Source of the DNA: Neocallimastix sp. 'constans'
Taxonomy: Eukaryota
Direction of reading: 5' to 3'
Assembly: GCA_050613775.1 (NCBI GenBank)
Contig: JBODTK010000001.1
Span: 682,001-746,000 of the forward strand
Length of the DNA stretch: 64,000 nucleotides
Each line of letters opens with the position of its first letter. The stretch's first letter is position 1. The translations under genes and the position numbers were made by a program. Below the pieces are notes generated by a model. It did no database searches. It was not told where the DNA came from and saw only the letters and a list, made by a program, of their open reading frames with translations. This document shows positions 59,254 through 64,000 of the stretch, piece by piece.

Positions 59254-62200
59254 TAAATGAATTTTTAATTTAAATTTAAAATTTTAAATTCATTTAAATT
59301 CTTTTTTTTTTTTTTAAACTTAAGATTAATTAACATTAATAAATAAATTATTATGATTTATTTGATTTATTATTATTATTGTTTTTTATGTTAATAATTA
59401 AAATTATTTCATTTAAATATAAAGTTGGGTATGCCATGAAGAAATACCTTATTGTACAGCAGTTTATTGTGTTCCAGAAGATATTTTAAAAAAAATACCT
59501 AAACTAGATCATTTTTTATTTAGACCAAAAGTAAATATTAATTTTAATTAATTAATAATAATAATAACATTAATTAATTAGTAAATAATAATAATAATAA
59601 TGAACATTGATTAATTAATAAAATTTGATATTGATAATAATAAACATTAATAATAATAATAATAATAATAAAAGTATTTCCCAAGTTGTGAATGGATTGA
59701 AAAAAAGGCATGTGACCTATTATCATTCTTTAAAAATAAATATTGTATATTATTTCCAGAAATAAATGTACCTCTCGTACTTTTTAGATATACCAGTTGT
59801 TTAGCATTACCCCGTAATTATTATTACTATTACTATTATTATATATTATGAATCAATGAAAAATTTTAATATTCATCAAAAATTTTTTTTTTTTTTTTTT
59901 TTTTTTTTCATTATTATAATTAATATATAAATATTTTCATTATAACTGTTATTATTAATTATAAAATCTGGATTTGATTTAAAACAATATATATATTAAT
60001 ATAAAATTATCACTTAATAGCTGAAATGCTTTTAATATTATTAAGATATATTAAACTTTCAAAATTCGAATTTACACTAAATCGGACTAGAAGTCCATAT
60101 GTTACTCTTTTAGCTATCATTATTTTTTGTTTAAAATTAATATATGGTTTGGACGATTTTGAAAGGTATATATATATAATTATTATTTATAAAAATGTAT
60201 CAGTATTAAAATAAAAGTTGAATTGTTGAAAATTGTCATTAAATATTATTATTACTTTTGATTAAATATAATAATATTTAACGTATTATTATTTTAATGT
60301 AAAAAAAGAAAACGGGATTCATTTTTAAATATTTTCTTCGATTTTCAGGATTGGATATCGTGTATTGAAAATAGAAGAAGCTTATTTTCAAATAATGATT
60401 TATATTCATATGACAGGTTAATATACATATAATATAAAAATAAAAAAATATAAAAATATAGTTGTTATATATATATATTCATTTTTTTTTCTATTACTAT
60501 TATAATTGGTACAACTATTAGTACATTTATTACTACTACTATTATTAATAATAATAACTTTTTTTTTTTTTTTTTGTATTAAATTTAATATATATTATTT
60601 TAAATCAATACATAGAAATATATTTAGCGATGATAAAATAAAGTTTTATATTAAATATTGTGAAAAAGTTTATTATTCTCAATCATTAAATAATAATAAT
60701 AATAAAGGTATATATTATTAATTAATATAATTCATATTTAATATAAAATTTATTTATTTAATTTTTTAATGCTTTCTTTACATTTTTATTCATATTTTAT
60801 AATAAATTATTTTGTTATTAAACATTTTTTTTTTTTTTTTTTAATTTATTTTATCAAAAGCATATACCATTTTTATAAAAGAATTACAAAATTTAAAAAA
60901 TAATAGTAAATTTAATCCAAATTCAATCGAAACTGTAGCTAGTGATAAAGATAATGAAGATAATGAAAGTAATAATGACTTAAATAATAATAAGACTTTA
61001 ATTAATTCAGAATCAAAAAATGATAATGAACTTCCTTTATCCTATGGAAGTTTTGAAAATATACCAAAAAATGATTTAAGAAGGAACTTTATTAATAATT
61101 TTAATTATTCACAGTTATCTACTACAAATACTTTATTAAGTGATTATAGTAGTAATAATGATGATAATAGTAATGACACTTTATATTATTTTAATGATAA
61201 ATCAAATCCAGGTAAGATTTATTCATATTAATATTAAATGACAAAAGATAACCATTTCTATCCGATTATTCTAATTAATTTATTTAAATATTTAAATATA
61301 TATTTATATTAACTTATAATATATTATTATATTATTTTATTATTATTACAATAAACATTACGATCATTACTATTAATATTATTATTACAACAACAACAAT
61401 AAATATTGCTACTCTTATTACTATTACTATTATTAAAACAACAATTACTATAATCATTGTTTAATTTACTATTACTACAACAAATACCACTACTGTCAAT
61501 ACTATTATTAATGATAAATAATTATAAAATTTCATTTTAATAATAGGATTTAATAAAAAGATTGTTCAACCAGGAGATCATTATGTATCATATATTTTTA
61601 ATCAAAGATCTTCAGAAAATGAATTAGAAGTTAAATTTCATACACCTTTTTCCATATTAATAAAATTTTGTCAAGATGTTTTTCTTAAAACAAACATTAA
61701 TGATTTAATTTTTCAAATTAAAAATATAGAAGAATATTCAAAAAATTTAGAAGATGTCTTGGAGAGTTATTATACAAAAAATATTTATGAAGCCATTAAG
61801 GATGAGGAAGTTTCAGAAGTAGATATTATAAGTTCAAGCGATGAAGATGTACATGATGATGATGATTTTAACTGTAAAGAACTCTTAGAATTAATAGAAA
61901 ATTCACCTGATTTTATAATGCATGATTCAGAAAATAAAGATAATAGCAACAATCATCATAAAAATATTAATAATGAGGAAGAATCTAATAGTGAATCTGA
62001 ATTAAGTGAATCTGAATCAGAAGAATATGATTCAGAAATGGAAAGAAATGTATTGGAAAAGGAATTTTTTGAAGTTTTGGAATTTAGTGAGGGAGAAGAT
62101 GTTACCATGGATGATTTATATGAAGGAGAGATAGAAAGTGATAATAATAATAATAATGACAATATTAATGCTAATAATATTAATGCTAATAATAATAATA

Positions 62201-63228
62201 ATAGTAATGATAATAATAATAATACTAATGATAATAATAATAATAATAATGATAATAATAATAACAATAATAATATTAATATTAATAATACTGATAGTAG
62301 AAAATCACCTTCTTTAAATTCTAAAATAAAAATTGGACATAGGAATAAAAGAAGTAATAATAAAATAATTGAGGATGATGGATTTGATTTTATTAATGAA
62401 GATTTAAGTAATGGACAAGGAAAAAGAGGAAGATACAATTTACGAAGGTTAAAAAATAAGAAAAATTATTCATTATTAATTCCATTCCTAGAAAATGAAA
62501 AAAATTCTGATTCTATGGAAGATAATATTGATGAAGAGTCTCTTCAAGATAATATTACTAATGTAGATAGTAAAATGGAAGAAGAAGAAGTAGAAAAAGA
62601 AGATAATCCTAATCCTGAAAGTAAGCATATTGACATAAATAATGATCCTGAGAATAAAAATCTGGATAACACTTCAACTAAAGATAAATCAGAAAAAGAT
62701 CAGAATAAAAAATTTGTTAAATTGAGAAAAAAAAATAGAGTTCGTAATAAAATATCAAGAAAGAAAGAAAAAAAAGAAAAAGAAAAAAGTGAAAATGATG
62801 ATGTTTATAAAGTTAAAGAAGAAAAAGATACTATAAATGATAATGGTTATGAAGAAAATGAGTATGAATTTGAAGGTGAAAGTGACATTATTAATGATGA
62901 TGATTACGAAGAAGATGAATATGATGAATATTTATATGAAGAAGATGATGATGAATATGATGATGATGAAGAAGATAATGATGAAGAAGAAAACGATAAT
63001 AATGATATATCATTTATAAAAAGAAAAGATCATGGAATTAATGAAATACAAGAAGAAAGTGATGAAGATGAAAATCCTATCATAATTAGAAAAGGACGTC
63101 GTAATATTAATAAAATAGTTCTGGATAGTGATGATGAATCCATTAATAAATTAGAAGGAAGTTGTTTTAGTGATAATAATGATAATAATAATGGCGATAA
63201 TAATAATGGTGATAATAACAATAATAAC

Positions 63229-63259
<31 letters not shown>

Positions 63260-64000
63260 TTTCAGAAGAAGAAAATAATAATGATAATTTTGTTAAATTA
63301 AAAAGATCAAAAAAGTATAATAGAATATTTGAAGAAGAAGAAGATGATGATGATGATGATGACGATAGTGAAAATGAAAATGAATTAATAGTAACAAAAA
63401 TTAATCAAAAATTTAATAAAATAACTGATATAAATAATGATGATAATGATGTATCTCAAAAGATAATATCATTGAATGAATTTCTAGAAAATAATGAAGA
63501 TAATAATAATAAAGTTAATGAAATTTTAGTGGATAATGAAAATAATGTTAATAAAATTAATAAAGAAAAAGAAAATGAATCTGTTAAAACCAAAATATCA
63601 GAAGAAAGTATAAATAAAGTTAAAGATATTAAAAAGTCTGACAGACGTTTTAGAATAGCAGAAATAAGTAATGAAAAAGAAGTTGCTTATGATTCAAATT
63701 ATAATAAAGATAATACTTATTATACAAATAATTCAAATGACATTGATATTATTCAAAGTAATGAAAGAAAAAATGATACCAGCATAAATAATAGTAAAAT
63801 TGATAGCTCTGTAAATTTAAATGAAATAGAAAATTTAGCTTATAATAATGAGGATAACAACAATATTAATATTATTAAAGTTAATCATCATAAAAAGAAG
63901 GTCAACTCCGAATTACCTATAGAAGTAAATCTTTCACCAAGAAGATTAGGTTTAAGAAAATCAAAATATATTAATTATAATGTAAAAGATTATTATCATT
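57927..64000 (+). CDS. RRN7: Multi-exon Rrn7/TAF1B-like RNA polymerase I core-factor subunit, 3'-incomplete
   Basis: Exon 1 (57927-58058) zinc ribbon CPVC…ICKHGH; later exons YQFILKAQ, EIVKSLW, LYLGCIWLRMPILISDF, IPY, FPEINVPL, KLIYGLD, PGDHYVSY; GT-AG introns; last exon starts at 61547 and appears open to the window end. Confidence 0.75.

Overview
Extremely AT-rich eukaryotic DNA. The CBM1-GH6 cellulases, short GT-AG introns and Asn-rich proteins suggest an anaerobic gut fungus (Neocallimastigomycota); this is inference. The first 26.9 kb is an uninterrupted stack of eight Ty3/Gypsy LTR-retrotransposon units: three full-length elements, four solo LTRs and one LTR cut by the window edge, from about 7 LTR families. 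The units appear to share one orientation and are separated only by AAAA (AAAAC at the most distal junction). The stack ends 15 nt upstream of an intact tRNA-Glu(CTC) gene. LTR-pair divergence increases with distance from the tRNA, so it reads as a polarised, chronological record of repeated insertion at one Pol III-adjacent site. All three full elements share a U_UUA_AAC + hairpin -1 frameshift signal, a PBS set 7 nt from the LTR and a hairpin before the PPT; element 2 also has a 2.3-kb structured leader. Two other solo LTRs with 5-bp TSDs are nested in the stack. The rest of the window has a ZIP zinc transporter, two near-identical CBM1-GH6 cellulase genes plus a relic third copy, several decayed APE-RT LINEs, an M13 peptidase fragment, an Hsp70 pseudogene, repeats and palindromes, and a multi-exon Rrn7/TAF1B-like gene running off the end. 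Coordinates and identities were read by eye.
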